A DNA stretch of 63,127 nucleotides, filler included, from Reticulomyxa filosa (taxonomy: Eukaryota > Protista > Foraminifera), in NCBI GenBank assembly GCA_000512085.1. It is 24 parts of 24 records of this genome, joined end to end, with 100 filler letters (N's around TTAATTAATTAA, not from the genome) between each part and the next. Parts side by side here need not be neighbours in the genome. Positions count along the whole stretch, not along the records: positions 36,254 to 41,806 come from ASPP01018650.1; positions 41,907 to 42,906 come from ASPP01046234.1; positions 43,007 to 44,585 come from ASPP01022874.1; positions 44,686 to 46,397 come from ASPP01021812.1; positions 46,498 to 47,792 come from ASPP01040401.1; positions 47,893 to 49,157 come from ASPP01005222.1; positions 49,258 to 50,505 come from ASPP01017449.1; positions 50,606 to 53,010 come from ASPP01021641.1; 16 more parts are not named here. One strand, given 5' to 3'. This document shows positions 40,330-53,010 of this stretch, piece after piece (position 1 is the first letter of the stretch; each line of letters opens with the position of its first letter). The notes under the pieces are model-generated. The model saw nothing but the letters and a program-made list of their open reading frames with translations, did no database searches and had not been told where the DNA came from. The position numbers and the translations under genes are program-made.

Positions 40330-40620
40330 AAACCTTTACTGCTTGATCAAAAGACATTATTTCCTCACAACTAACCAAAAAGGTATAAAAAGATTGACTG
40401 GATATTCAGACTGTAATGTGTGCTAGATTTTCACCGGATAATCAATTTGTTGTATTTGGTTCAGACGATAACACAATCCGCACATAGGATGTAAAATTAG
40501 TAATCGAAATGCACAAATTAGAAGATCGTCGTAGTTTTGTGAGGAGGTGGACGTATCACCAGACGGTAATACGATTGTATCAACTTGCTTTGACGAAACA
40601 GCTAAGATTTGGATGTAAAA
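40330..40620 (+). pseudogene. Eroded WD40-repeat relic
   Basis: FSPDNQFVVFGSDDNTIRT*DV and SPDGNTIVS fragments with stops and frameshifts. Confidence 0.7.
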
Positions 40621-41337
40621 AAATTACAAATTGCAAGAATTCAATGCTCATTTTAATTGATCATTTTGCTGAAGTACTATGTTTAATATTTTTGACTTTT
40701 TTAAAAAAATTAAAATCACATTTGATCAAAGAGTTTTTTGAATTTGAAAAAACTTGTGAACTTTTGGCACTTTAGCAAATCTACAAAAGAAATAAATTTA
40801 AACAAATAAAAAAACATTAAAATGCACAGACTCTAAGAATAAATAGAAACGATTAAAATAATTTTGTTAAAAGAAAAATAAATCAAATTACACTTGTTCA
40901 TTGTGAATATTATAAATATAATAAACTTGTATACTTTTAATTTTAATTTTTCATTTTTTTGTTACAGTAATCTCTTCAAGCACACAGCCGTCACATGACT
41001 TGTTTTATTTATTGTCGCCTCCTTATTTTTTTATTCAAGTAAAATATCTTTGTTTTTCAATTCAAACAGTAATTGAAAAACAATTTTTCCATAAACTAAT
41101 AACATTTTTGTAAAACACAGCAACGTTGAACTTTTTTCTCTTCAATCTAGTACTTTTTGCTTCTCAAGAGTTTGTAATTCCGTTATAAGTCAAAAGATTA
41201 CAAAAAGAAGTTGATATTATTTGAATTATTTGTTATTTGTGCTTAAATTTTTTTCGTTTCATCTTTTTTTTTTGAGATACTAACTTTTGTTTTGTTTTTT
41301 TTTTTACATCTTGCGCTTATTTTTTCCCCACAAAGAA

Positions 41338-41731
41338 ATGACGTCGATAGATACGAAAGAGAAGATAGATACAAAAAACGAAGAAAAAATAGAATTCGAT
41401 CTATTACCACAGCTAAAGGGTTGGTATTGCAGCCAATGTGGTTTACATAACAATAGCAGCCAATGGTCTTGCGGAGCATGTTTTCACAAATGCAGAAAAT
41501 GGGAAAAAAACGTGCCAAAGACCATGAAAGGACTAATAAAAGAAAACGAAACGGGGGGATTTGTATATACAGATCTGGATGTACCAGAGCCAATGGAGGG
41601 TGAGATATTGATCAAATCGTGCAGTGTTGGTATTAGCGATTGTGACATTTTCCTCCAATATGGTAATAAAGCGGAGATCATTTTACCGTTCACTCCTGGA
41701 GACGAAGTCGCAGGACTTGTGGTCAAGAGAG
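41338..41731 (+). CDS. RanBP2-type zinc finger fused to a medium-chain dehydrogenase (threonine dehydrogenase-like) N-terminal domain; first exon only
   Basis: WYCSQCGLHNNSSQWSCGAC; then TMKGLIK..LDVPEPMEGEILIK..VGISDCD..PFTPGDEVAGLVVKRG. Confidence 0.75.
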
Positions 41732-42061
41732 GTTAGTTACTGTCATCACATATTATACAACTTTTTTTTTAGGCACCTCCTTACTTCCTCAAAAAAAAAA
41801 AAAAAANNNNNNNNNNNNNNNNNNNNNNNNNNNNNNNNNNNNNNNNNNNNTTAATTAATTAANNNNNNNNNNNNNNNNNNNNNNNNNNNNNNNNNNNNNN
41901 NNNNNNAAAAAAAAAAAGTAAAATGAAAATTATTTGGAAAATGGGAAAGTGACTGCACAAAATCAAAATAAAAAAAAAAGATTGTAATAATAATAAAAAA
42001 AAAGATTGTGCGTGCATTATGTGTATACATACAATCACATTAACTTATTTATAAAAAATAG

Positions 42062-42491
42062 TTTTGAAGGGTGGAGTTGGGATGTTGTGGAAGAAAATGA
42101 CGATAATTGTCATCATCAAATGTCTGTTGATCCATCGGATCAAATGGACGTCGATGAATTTGCAAATATAGCCACAACCACCGACTTCATGGACGTTGAC
42201 CCGATTGAGGTCACATCCAACCCATTTATGGATCTCGATCCCGCCGAGGTCCTTATTTATTGTCCATCTGATCCAATAGATTGGATGGACATAGACATGC
42301 TGGCGTCATCGGATGAAATAATAAGTACAGCGGATGACGATGACGACCAGCATGTCAGTCTGATCACAAATCCCCCGGGGGATATTAAGATGATTGATAT
42401 TTATGTATCAACATCAATAAATAGAGTTGGATCGGCCCCAATCGTCGCCGGCAAAAGAAAATATATTATTCCAGCGGGGGCAGCAAAATAA
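42062..42491 (+). CDS. Acidic low-complexity exon with repeated MD[VLI]D motifs
   Basis: QMSVD, QMDVD, FMDVD, FMDLD, WMDID in one open frame after an aaaaaatag acceptor. Confidence 0.45.
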
Positions 42492-43099
42492 AAAGAACAC
42501 TCTGCTCCACCAAAATTACGGTTACGTATTCTATAAGTATACGTTTATTTATATTTATATATCAACATACAAAAAATAATAAAATAGGCCAAAAAGTTTA
42601 GATTGAGCAAAGTGCTCATTAAACAATAATTTTAATGACCCTCAAAGTTGGTTCAATCCCCCGGGGCAAAGCAAAGCAATATGATTTGATAATTTTTTTA
42701 ATTTTAATTTTTTTTTCCCCATCCCATTAACTTTATCCTTTTTTCCCCTTTAAATGTACCTTTTTTCCCCTTTTTTTTTCATTGCTGTTTGTTATCTGCT
42801 ATATCATAGCATGAAATACCACAGCAACTTTTTTCTTTAGTTTGTTTTTTTTTTTTGTAGTGATGTAGTGCACACTAACTCAGTGGTGACACTACTTTTG
42901 ATGTTGNNNNNNNNNNNNNNNNNNNNNNNNNNNNNNNNNNNNNNNNNNNNTTAATTAATTAANNNNNNNNNNNNNNNNNNNNNNNNNNNNNNNNNNNNNN
43001 NNNNNNAATCAAACGGGATACAACAGGTTCGCAGTAATCTACTTGTTTATGATAATTCTCAATTGTGGTCAACAATCGATAATTGTCTTTCCAGCTGTT

Positions 43100-44585
43100 A
43101 ATATTTTTTTTTTTTTTTGTTACATAGAGAACAAGAAAAAAACCAAAAAAAAACCATTACATCATCTTTTGTTGTTGCATAAACGCCAAGAAATCTAAAA
43201 AGTTTTCAGATGATTTCACTATTTCGATAAAATCAGTGTTGTTTTGGAATTGATTTAAAAATGAAGGGCCAAGTCCACCTCCTTCAAAAACACCAAGTGT
43301 ATTAAGCTTCTCCAAATGTATACGCCATTGTTCAAAATCCGCTTGAAATACCATAAACATAACTTCCCAACACTTCTCGGTACTATTTGAACAGACATGA
43401 TTCCATACATTTTTATCTTGTGAGAATAAAAATTCCAAAACGGATTGAGACAGCTTCCTATCCTTCTGAACGATCAGCAAATCAATGACGTATTCTTCGC
43501 TATACTTGGGATCAATTACTTTTAACTTTCGTATACGTAAATCCATCTTCAACACAGAAATGAATTTTTTGTCTAAATCCTCCTCTTTCCATTCTGGACA
43601 CTCACCCTTTTTAAAACGGTTCGATAAGCTAATTGCAGATGCGTTTTTTGTGGGGGACAATGACAAATAGTTCAAACATGGAGTTAGAAAAAAGAGATCC
43701 CATTTGGAAAGCTTTTCATTGAGATATGACTTTATATCTGTGAGCAGCATCTCATTAATGACTGGAGGCAAGTTGCCTTGGTATTGTTCGAAAATGTATG
43801 AGATTACTTCAAACCACTTCCAGGATGACCATTGTCCTACAGATATGGCACTGCCTCCATTTTTCTTTGGATAATCCAATTTCCATTTACGCAATAGTGA
43901 ATGTTGCAACACCTTGTTTTTTAATTTATTATTCGTTATTCTCTCTTTTTCTTCAAAAAAAATATATTTTGCAAAACTGATGACAAGTTGATTTCTGTTG
44001 TCTCAAGTTGTTGTATCCTTTTTTCCAATTCTTGTTCTGACCGCTCTAATCCTTTTTCAATCACTGATTTTATGTCTTTTTGTGTATTTAGAATAAATTT
44101 CAATGTGTCTACATCCTTGACGCCGTCCAATAAATGATTCACAATAGTCCCTTCTGCCATAACTTGAGTTTGTGCAACTCTTCGAGTCGGAACGACAAAA
44201 ACCAAGACATTGGATTTTATTGTGAATTCTTTCTTTTTGTCTTTGTACTGTGCATAAAAAACTACTTCTCCTTGTACTTTTTTAAGATCTTTGTAAAAAA
44301 CAGTGGACGTGATCTTTTGCAGTTCGCATTCTTTTTTTTTTTTTTTTTTTTATATCCCAAATTCAAGGTATTAATATACACTTCAAAAAAAAAAAAAAAA
44401 AAAAGCAAACACATACTTGCATCCTTATCATCTTCTAATGAAATGGATGGGATATTTGTTTCTGGTTCACAGACATAGATACGTAGATTCCTTTTTGACA
44501 GTGTACTTCTGTTATCGTCTTTGTTGGCAATTTTTTGACAGTCTTTCAGTAGAGTGCTAATGTCTGCATCTTCGGTTAACTCTTG
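43100..44585 (-). CDS. Internal part of a large hypothetical helical protein (multi-exon)
   Basis: ORFs 43936-44205 and 43157-43912 are separated by introns; both ends run off the contig. Confidence 0.5.
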
Positions 44586-44685
44586 NNNNNNNNNNNNNNN
44601 NNNNNNNNNNNNNNNNNNNNNNNNNNNNNTTAATTAATTAANNNNNNNNNNNNNNNNNNNNNNNNNNNNNNNNNNNNNNNNNNNN

Positions 44686-45922
44686 ATCATTATCATTATT
44701 ATCATCATTATTATTGCTATCATTATTATTGCTATCATTATTATTATAATTGATTTGCAGACTGTTGTCAGTTTTGTGACGCTCGAAAGCACCAGGTTTG
44801 GTCCGCCTTAATTTGCGTTCTGGCGGAGAAGTGATAGTAAAAGCGTCGGCCTTGCTCTTGTCGCCAAAACGGAAGCGGAGCGAAGGAGAGAGCGTTCGAC
44901 GATAAGAGGGCAAGGGTTGAGGCACATCAGAATTGGAAAGAGAGATGGTGTTGTCTCCGGCACTGCGTTGCCGAAGAAAGGATCTTTCGGTGGAGGCGCG
45001 TGTGGTCCACCACGGCCACCCCTCTCCTGACGAGGAGTGTCCATCATGTGAGGTGTGACTGTTTTCCACGCCGGAAATGCGTTTGGATAGATGTTGGTTG
45101 CGGAGGCTATATAGCTTGGCATCCACACGTTGCTGGCGATGAACGGCACATTTGCATTGCACGGACAATCTTGCCAACTTGTGATGCTGCGACAGGATTT
45201 TGGACGCGCCAAGCAAATCGGGTTGGTTGTCAAAGTCTGACGACGCGCGGATCGTTTCGGCGTCCACTGGACAAAGCGATGGCTCACTGTCATCATCACT
45301 CGTATCTGTCCAGTTGGGCTGCGTTACACTTTCGCGCTTCCACTTGGTCATGATCCCGCTCTTACCTCTTCTCCTGCCCCGTTCTCCTTCTTTTCCTTTT
45401 CCTCTTCCTCTTCCTCTTACTCCTACTCCTACTCCTCCTACAGTCATTGGCTCGTCCAGCTGCTCCTCCAAATACACAAACACTTTACGCAATTGGCAGT
45501 TGCGCCATGGCCTCTTCAACTCGCTCGTGCACATTGCGATGTTGCTGAACATTGCGTCCAGCACCGAACAGTGCGTGATCACCACCAGCCTCTTCGGCCC
45601 TTGGTACGAGTATCCCGTCATTAAATTGTGTCGCATCGTGTACGCGTCTAGATTGCGCAGCGACACTGCCTTTGATAATGACGACGACGACGACGGCAGC
45701 AACGACGACGAAGACAGTGGCGAGGACAACACTGCATTGCTCGAGGCCGCGCGTCCTGGCATGCTCTTTGTCTCGTTCATGTTTTCCATCGATGTCACGC
45801 TCTGTCGTCGGCTGTCGCTTGCGTCGATCACGTTCGACAGCGACACCGTTAATTCCAACGGATCAACCGTGGTATTCGTCACTGTTATGTTGCGTGTCTT
45901 TTGAGAGTTATTCTTTTTCGTA

Positions 45923-45987
<65 letters not shown>

Positions 45988-46335
45988 GTTATCATCATTT
46001 GTTGGTGTGTCACTAGACAACAAAGATGCAATTGGCATGGGCATGATTGTCTCCGGAGGCGAAAAGTCGTCGTCAGGGGAAATGTCATTGCACTCGGCGA
46101 CTTCAAGCCCTGTGCTGTTGCACAAGTGCATGGTTTGCAGTTGCTTGTACATCTGCCGTTGCAATTTTTTGGGGTCGGCCTTGCGAAAGCGCTTCAATAT
46201 TGTTTTCGTGTCATACAGCGACACGTCACTCGGCAGCAAATAATCGACTAAAAACTGATAAATCCGTTGTTCAAACTCTTCTGGACTTTCGCTTTCATCA
46301 CCAAAGTGGTTGTCTTCTGCGCTCTGCGCATCACT
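44686..46335 (-). CDS. Histidine phosphatase / phosphoglycerate mutase-like protein (C-terminal half) with long Asn/Ser-rich inserts
   Basis: ESESPEEFEQRIYQFLVDYL ... RLVVITHCSVLDAMF ... WRNCQLR; the N-terminal RHG motif is off the contig. Confidence 0.55.
45922..45988 (-). repeat. (AAT)n coding microsatellite encoding poly-Asn
   Basis: Direct inspection; lies within ORF 44638-46239. Confidence 0.9.
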
Positions 46336-46497
46336 TTACTCATATATATACACATATATATATATATGTATATATATGTATATATATATATATATATNNN
46401 NNNNNNNNNNNNNNNNNNNNNNNNNNNNNNNNNNNNNNNNNTTAATTAATTAANNNNNNNNNNNNNNNNNNNNNNNNNNNNNNNNNNNNNNNNNNNN

Positions 46498-47792
46498 TCA
46501 ACATATGGTAAACGGCATTAATTCGCTGCATGAAGGAAACAAAGAAATTTATTCACACAATTCAAAGCATTGAACACCAATAAGATATGTGTTATTCCAG
46601 CACTGGCGAACAAGAGACAATTCAGTGGCGTGTCTATTGGCAAAGATATTTCAACCTCCAAAAGATGTGAATGAAAAGCATTGATTTGAAATCATTGAAG
46701 CTATGAGACATTTGCCGCCTTACAAAGTGCAAGGTCCAGATAATATCCACAATCAAATGTTAAAGAATGGTGGTATTCCTATTTGGATGGAATTTTCGAA
46801 TGGAATATGCTGTTGTGGAAAAAGGCAAACACTGTTTGTGTCTTTGTCTTTGTTTCTGTTTTCGCATCAACCTTGTTGAAGACGAAAATCGTTGCTAATA
46901 ATCGAAGGTTAACTTCAAACTTTCAGATACTGCTAGATGTTGCAGCATCTAATTGTTCTGTGCTCGGAAGAAGTTATTGAAGCATTGATGCATATCTCAG
47001 TGAACAAGGCACAAGCCCAGATAACACCCAATTTAAAGAATGACGCCAAGCAATCACTTGGAGTTGGATACATGCGCAAATTATAGAAGATTATTGGAAA
47101 GGATTATTGCAATAACAATGGCATAACAGCTCTCTTATACATCATCAAGATTCGACCGCTTTGTCCAAAGAAACTTGATCTCTTGATACAATTGGATCAA
47201 TAGATTTCATCCAATTATCAATATTCTTTTTCAATCTTAATCTAAATTGTTGCTTCTCCGTTCTCCAATTACTAATTAATGGAAAAATAGACGACGAACA
47301 TAATGTGATATCAAGGATACATTCACACATCGTCGATCTGAATGTCATTGTCTTTCAATATCTTGACAACATCTTCAGTCTTGGATATGGAATCGTTTTA
47401 CTTCTTGTATTTGATACACATAATCTCACAATGTATCCTTAATTTCGCACTCGCTTTCGCGAGTTGATACTCCTCAAAGCAGGACATCATTTGTGTCTAC
47501 GTCCATATCATTATTCGACGTCATTTTGATTAGGGTAAAGACACTTTGCCTCGACCGTCCGGATCGCTTCAAAAATCTTGTTTCAGCGAGGTTCAGTAGA
47601 AGTTACCCGACCCTCGGAGTTCTGCCAAACACAAAAGACTGGTATTTGCCTCGAGAATGCTAATTTCCCGAAAGCGTCGAACAATCTTAAGGCTAAACAA
47701 GGATCGATACCCTCTCACACAAGCCGCCCGTTGCCAGTAAAAGAGTTACTACTTCGGTACACTAAAGCAACTGATGACAAGCACTTCCCCTC
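46498..47792. mobile_element. Fragmented non-LTR retrotransposon (LINE) relics in both orientations
   Basis: Plus strand EIIEAMRHLPPYKVQGPDNIHNQMLKNGG (about 46688-46775) is the pre-RT K.PGPD motif; minus strand NW..FRLRLKKNIDNW..LDKAVES resembles the post-endonuclease linker. Confidence 0.65.
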
Positions 47793-49294
47793 NNNNNNNN
47801 NNNNNNNNNNNNNNNNNNNNNNNNNNNNNNNNNNNNTTAATTAATTAANNNNNNNNNNNNNNNNNNNNNNNNNNNNNNNNNNNNNNNNNNNNAAAAAAAA
47901 AAAAACAATGACAATGTGAAAAAAGAAAAGGAAAAAAATGAAAAAAAATAAAGAGAAAAAGAGAAAAAAAGATAAAAAAAAGAATAGAAAAATTTGAAAA
48001 AAAGGAAAAAAGAAAATAATGAAAAAGGAAAAAAAAAAAACGAGAGCGCAAAAGTGGAACCGGTATCGACATGGTGTTGCGAAGGTTGCAGAGACTGGAT
48101 TGGCCGAAGAAGTGGCTGGCAAAGAAGAAAAAGAGTGCTGACGTCGTTAGAGAAAATCAACATTGCGGTCGAGCAAATAATTATATCGTTATCATCGTTC
48201 AATGTGGTGGCTCAATTGTGAAAAAATCAAGACAACAGCAAGCAGAATATGAAGATCAAGAGAATGAATAGAATAAAGTTGGATTTGTTTTTGTTTTTTT
48301 TTTAAAACAAGTTTTCATGCATTGTTGAATTTGTCGTGAAATGACTTTTCATGTCAGCGAGCAGCGATTTTGCGCGTTTCAGACATGAACCAACGTCCTA
48401 TAGAGCGCCCTAATGAAAGATACTTGCAGTTACAGCTCGAAGATTGGAAAAACTTATTCGTTATCAACATAGGCGCGCACAAATCCCTACATGATAGTTC
48501 TTGGCGTTGCGAATCATTCAAGCATCGATCTCCCAGTGCAGCGAACAAGCAATATTCGATTATTATAAAAATATCTCTAATTTTGTGAATTCATGACAAT
48601 AGTCAAAACTCAGATATTGCCATTCGTGTTAAAACTGATTGTGTGCGTGCGCATATGCGCAACTTTGTATTTTGAATAGTGTGTGTGCTGATGGAAGTCA
48701 TCGTGTGCTCGTGAGATTTAGAAAGAGTTGGTTTATTGCTGCAAGAGTTTCATGTCTTTTTGCGTTTGTCACCATAGCACACAAGAAAGCAGGAAGAACA
48801 GCGAACACGTTCAATAATGAAAAGAAAAGAAGAAGGACTCCTCGAACCGCCAATCCAAAAGTTGTTGAATGGCCTTGGATAATGGTCGTTATTGGAAATT
48901 CTCACGTCAGCCAACATGCGCCCAAAGTTTGTGTCTCTTTATCACAATGGCGCAAAAGCGGATGAACTTCGACTTTAGAAAACATTCATTATACGGATGG
49001 TATTGAAAAAGTCGAACAAAATTCTCAAAGTTCAATCGCGAGACAATCTGGATCTTGGTTATGCCTGACTACGAAAGCGAACTTGCCAAGGATGAAAAGA
49101 GATGTCGTATATTGTTTCCATTTTGTGCGATATTATCACATTATGTGATATCTCAATNNNNNNNNNNNNNNNNNNNNNNNNNNNNNNNNNNNNNNNNNNN
49201 NTTAATTAATTAANNNNNNNNNNNNNNNNNNNNNNNNNNNNNNNNNNNNNNNNNNNNCAATTCTATTTCTGGTATGTCATTTTATTCTTGTAAA

Positions 49295-49327
<33 letters not shown>

Positions 49328-49354
49328 TTTTTTTTTTTTTCCGTTTTTTAAAAA

Positions 49355-49982
49355 CTCTTTCTAATGGTGTGTCGCTGGAAAGCTGCCGGTTAAAGATTGC
49401 AAATTCAGAATCACTTGTAAATGACAAGTGCTTGTCTTCCACCTTTTCAAATCCAGGCAACCATTTTCCATTCGAATCAATACCCATCTCCTCTGCACAC
49501 AAACGGCTTTCTCCATATTTCATTGTCTGCGGGGTCATAATGCTTAGCTTTGTTTCACTCTTTAATCTGTTATTGTTGCTATTATTGTTGTCGCTGTCGC
49601 TGTCGCTGCCGCTGCCGCTGCTGGTGTTGCTCATTCGCCATCGTTCTCGACTCTTCTGCTCTGTCAGCAAAATTCCTTTGTCCGTTCTTGCTGTGCTTTC
49701 CTTTGACTGTTCGTTCCCTTCTCGTCGCCACTGTATTTGCGTAGATGTTAGTGCAGGGGTCGACATCGACTGTTGTCTTTGTTTGCTACTGTCACTTTGG
49801 AGCTGAAATTTTATTTCAGTCGTTACTTCGTTTGTTTTTGTCCAGTCGCTTGTTCCGTTGCTCACCTCAGTCTGACGTGAAAGGTTTTCACCTAGATACG
49901 TTTTGAAAGGTGTTTGTTTGTAGCAATTTGGATCCGAATTTTCTTTATTTTTGTCCAAGTCCATGGTAAAACAAGAAGTCAT
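49355..49982 (-). CDS. First exon of a disordered protein with a KEN box
   Basis: MTSCFTMDLDKNKENSDPN; Ser/Thr-rich with TP sites. Confidence 0.55.
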
Positions 49983-50228
49983 AATTCTTTCGGGTCAAAT
50001 GTTTGGGAGAAAAAAAAACGTGAAACTTGAGTTTTTTTTTGCCGATCCAACTCAAATCAAATTTGTGCCGTTTTAAACGCACCACAATTTTTTTTCTTAT
50101 TTTCTTCTTTACCGACTTAAACTATGTCTCTGTTTTCTTGTTACTTTTCCGTCCTTTTTTCAAAAAAAGTAGCAGCTGCGCGCAGTGCATTATTTTGTAA
50201 GTTCGAAGTCGCAGCTCCATAAAGTACA

Positions 50229-50428
50229 ATGTTTGGTAGAAATAAACGGTATCATCTGTCATTAAATTCTGTTGAAACATTGAATTCATCATTTGGTCAT
50301 GTGTCAACGTCAACGTTGTCATTTGGACAAAGCCAGACGAAAGAGTCTCCCGATGATTTTGACAGTGTGAATGATGCTACTGCGAAACTTCGTGATGAGA
50401 ATTCACCTCTTTCGTCACCCTCGAAGAG
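50229..50428 (+). CDS. First exon of a hypothetical protein divergent from the previous gene
   Basis: ATG at 50229, Ser-rich frame ending at a GT donor (AAGAG|gtatt). Confidence 0.4.
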
Positions 50429-51479
50429 GTATTAACAAAATTGAACAAAAAGAAGAAGAGGAGAAGAAAAATGGAAAAAACGCAGCACCACTTTTTTTTT
50501 TTTTTNNNNNNNNNNNNNNNNNNNNNNNNNNNNNNNNNNNNNNNNNNNNTTAATTAATTAANNNNNNNNNNNNNNNNNNNNNNNNNNNNNNNNNNNNNNN
50601 NNNNNGTGATGAAATTGAATATTATTATTCTATCAATGAATCAAGCACTGTGACAATACATGATATACAATTTCCAAACATGTATTCTAAAGACGTTTCA
50701 GAATCAACAACTCAAATTGTACCACTTTCAATGCATTCAAGAGGACAGAAGCAGTATATGCTTTGTTTTATTTGGATTTGAACAGACGGAAAATGCGAGC
50801 AATCCCACTTTCGGGAAGTGCAATGCAAGTACTGGAAGCTTTTAATGATGCCAATCAAGCCTCGAATAATAGAAGTTATTGTATATATTTTATTTTTGTT
50901 TGTTTTTTTTTTAAAAAAAATATAATCTTTTTCACTCCTTGTAATCTTAGGATGGTTTACAAGCAATTCAACTGAAAACGTATTTAATTGTGTGAAGAAA
51001 GTGATTGAGGCGTGCATACGAACTTGGTGTGGTGTTCCATCAGAGATTATACAGATGTTGGAAAAGGATTCATCCAAAAAAATTTCAATAATGCAAAAGT
51101 GTTGGAAAGGATAATGCACATCCATTATTAAAAGAATTAAGGAAAAAATTAGATGAAGTCACAAGTACTTGAAATATATATATATACATATATATTCCAT
51201 TGCAATTTTAAAAAATTTGGAGAAGTTTATTATTAATTACTGTTGATGGCCTTGTAACTTTGCAGGACAGCTATATAAAGTTTATCCAAATTTAATTTAT
51301 TAAAAATATTGCATAAAAAAGAAAAACATTAACTTTAAGATGTCTTTCCAGATTACATTTTTGTGCGCAAGCTCTGTTGCAAAAACTACAAACGTAAGGT
51401 TTCTCTCCTATTGTTAATCACGTTCTCAATAAGCAAAAATTTATATAACATAAATACACAAAAATTAACCTGTATGTAT

Positions 51480-52712
51480 TCTCTTGTGTCTGGTTAAGTT
51501 TTTTTTTCCGGAAAGTATGATATCACATTCATCACATTTGACAGCTTTGATGATGCTTTGCTTTCCTTTTTTTTTTTTAACACAATTGTTGACTAAATAT
51601 AATTTTTTGCTTTTTTTTCTATTTAACTGATACTTCTATTTCTTCTTTGATTTTCACCTTGTACTTGAGAATGAGCTGTGCTTCCAGCTTCAATTTCTGA
51701 TTCGTCAGTATCTTTGTTTTCATTTGCATCTTGTACTTGAGAAACTTGAGAATGAGATAGGCTTTCAGCTTCAATTTCTGGTTTGTTCATTTCTTTGTTT
51801 TCATTTGAACCATTTTCTTGATGTTCTACAATAGACAAGCCATATCCAAATTTAAAATTTTCACTGAACGACTATTCAAAAACACCAGATAATTGTTTTT
51901 TGTCAAAAAAAACAAACAAAACATACTTAACTTGAAAAATTAAATCAAAGTTCATATTAACAGTAAAATCAGATTGAATTACATCAATTGGATCTACTGC
52001 ATTTAAAAATGGCGCTGCTTATTGAATCAAATTGACTATTTCTTTTTTTCGTTCTTCTATGTCAAGATTGGCATTTTCCATTGCTTGATTCAGTTTTGCA
52101 TGCCATCGCTTCATTTGTGATTCTTTTTGTTCCAACTGATCAATCACTTCATCTATTTCTTTACATTTTTGCTGGACAAATGAATCCATTTCATCTACAA
52201 TTTTTCTTTTATATAATATCATTTTTGAGATCATTTCTTCAAATTTTTTTATTAATTGTTTCTTCTTCTGCATCATTTTCCCTTGGATTAATTCTTTTTC
52301 TTTTCAAAGCTTTCTTTTTTTTCTGGACATTTTTTATATTTGATGTAAATTTTCTGTAATTGTTCTTCTGCATCGTTACTCAGTATAACAGTTGAAACAA
52401 TTGGTCTTTCGTTTTTGGCATCATAATAACAACGGCTTCCTTGTGTATTGCGTAATATCTTACACAAATCAATTTTACTCAATATATCAATATTTAAGCA
52501 TTCGCATAACTCTCTTTGTTTTTTTAGTTTATTTCTTTTAAGAACAAACAAACAAGCAAAAGATAATATAAACATAACTTAATTTCTTTTTCTCTATACA
52601 TCATCAAGTCTTCCAGAGTTATATAACTCTTTGAAAGCTTGCTTACAGTTTCCACTATATTTTTAAAGTTGTTTTCAGTCAAAAACTGAACAATTGCTTT
52701 ATCTTCTTCCAT
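51480..52712 (-). CDS. SAM-like domain plus coiled-coil protein (frameshifted, possibly a pseudogene)
   Basis: IVQFLTENNFKNIV..ITLEDLMMY..|RELCECLNIDILSKIDLCKIL (SAM-like), heptad-rich region, duplicated NENK..EIEA.S.SHSQV. Confidence 0.5.
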
Positions 52713-52756
52713 TTCCAAAGACCAACAAGAAAAATATTGATTTGCAATCGAATATG

Positions 52757-53010
52757 ACGAAGATGAAGAAGAAAATGAAGCGGATGAAGAGAATTAGAGG
52801 ATGAAAGAATGAAGAAAATGAAGAGAGGATAAAGAAAATGAAGAGGATGAAGAGAATGAATGATGAATGAATGAAGAGAATGAATGAAGAGAATGAATGA
52901 AGAGAATGAAGAGAATGAAGAGAATGAAGAAAATGAAGAGGATGAAGAGAATGAATGATGAATGAATGAAGAGAATGAATGAAGAAAATGAAGAGAATGA
53001 AGAGGATGAA
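52757..53010 (+). repeat. Purine-rich (GAAGAGAATGAAT-type) compound minisatellite
   Basis: Direct inspection; runs into the contig end. Confidence 0.9.

Noticed and set aside
45200-46251. Poly-Ile/Leu/Tyr ORFs and the 234-aa antisense ORF
   Set aside because: Alternative readings of the (AAT)n repeat and antisense of the real gene
47600-47792. RNase P RNA or complete hammerhead ribozyme
   Set aside because: Only a superficial GAGGGGAAG..TCATCAGT / CTGATGA resemblance; the other conserved elements were not found before the contig end
47893-49157. Protein-coding gene
   Set aside because: Fragmentary frames without motifs; probably a decayed sequence, not assignable
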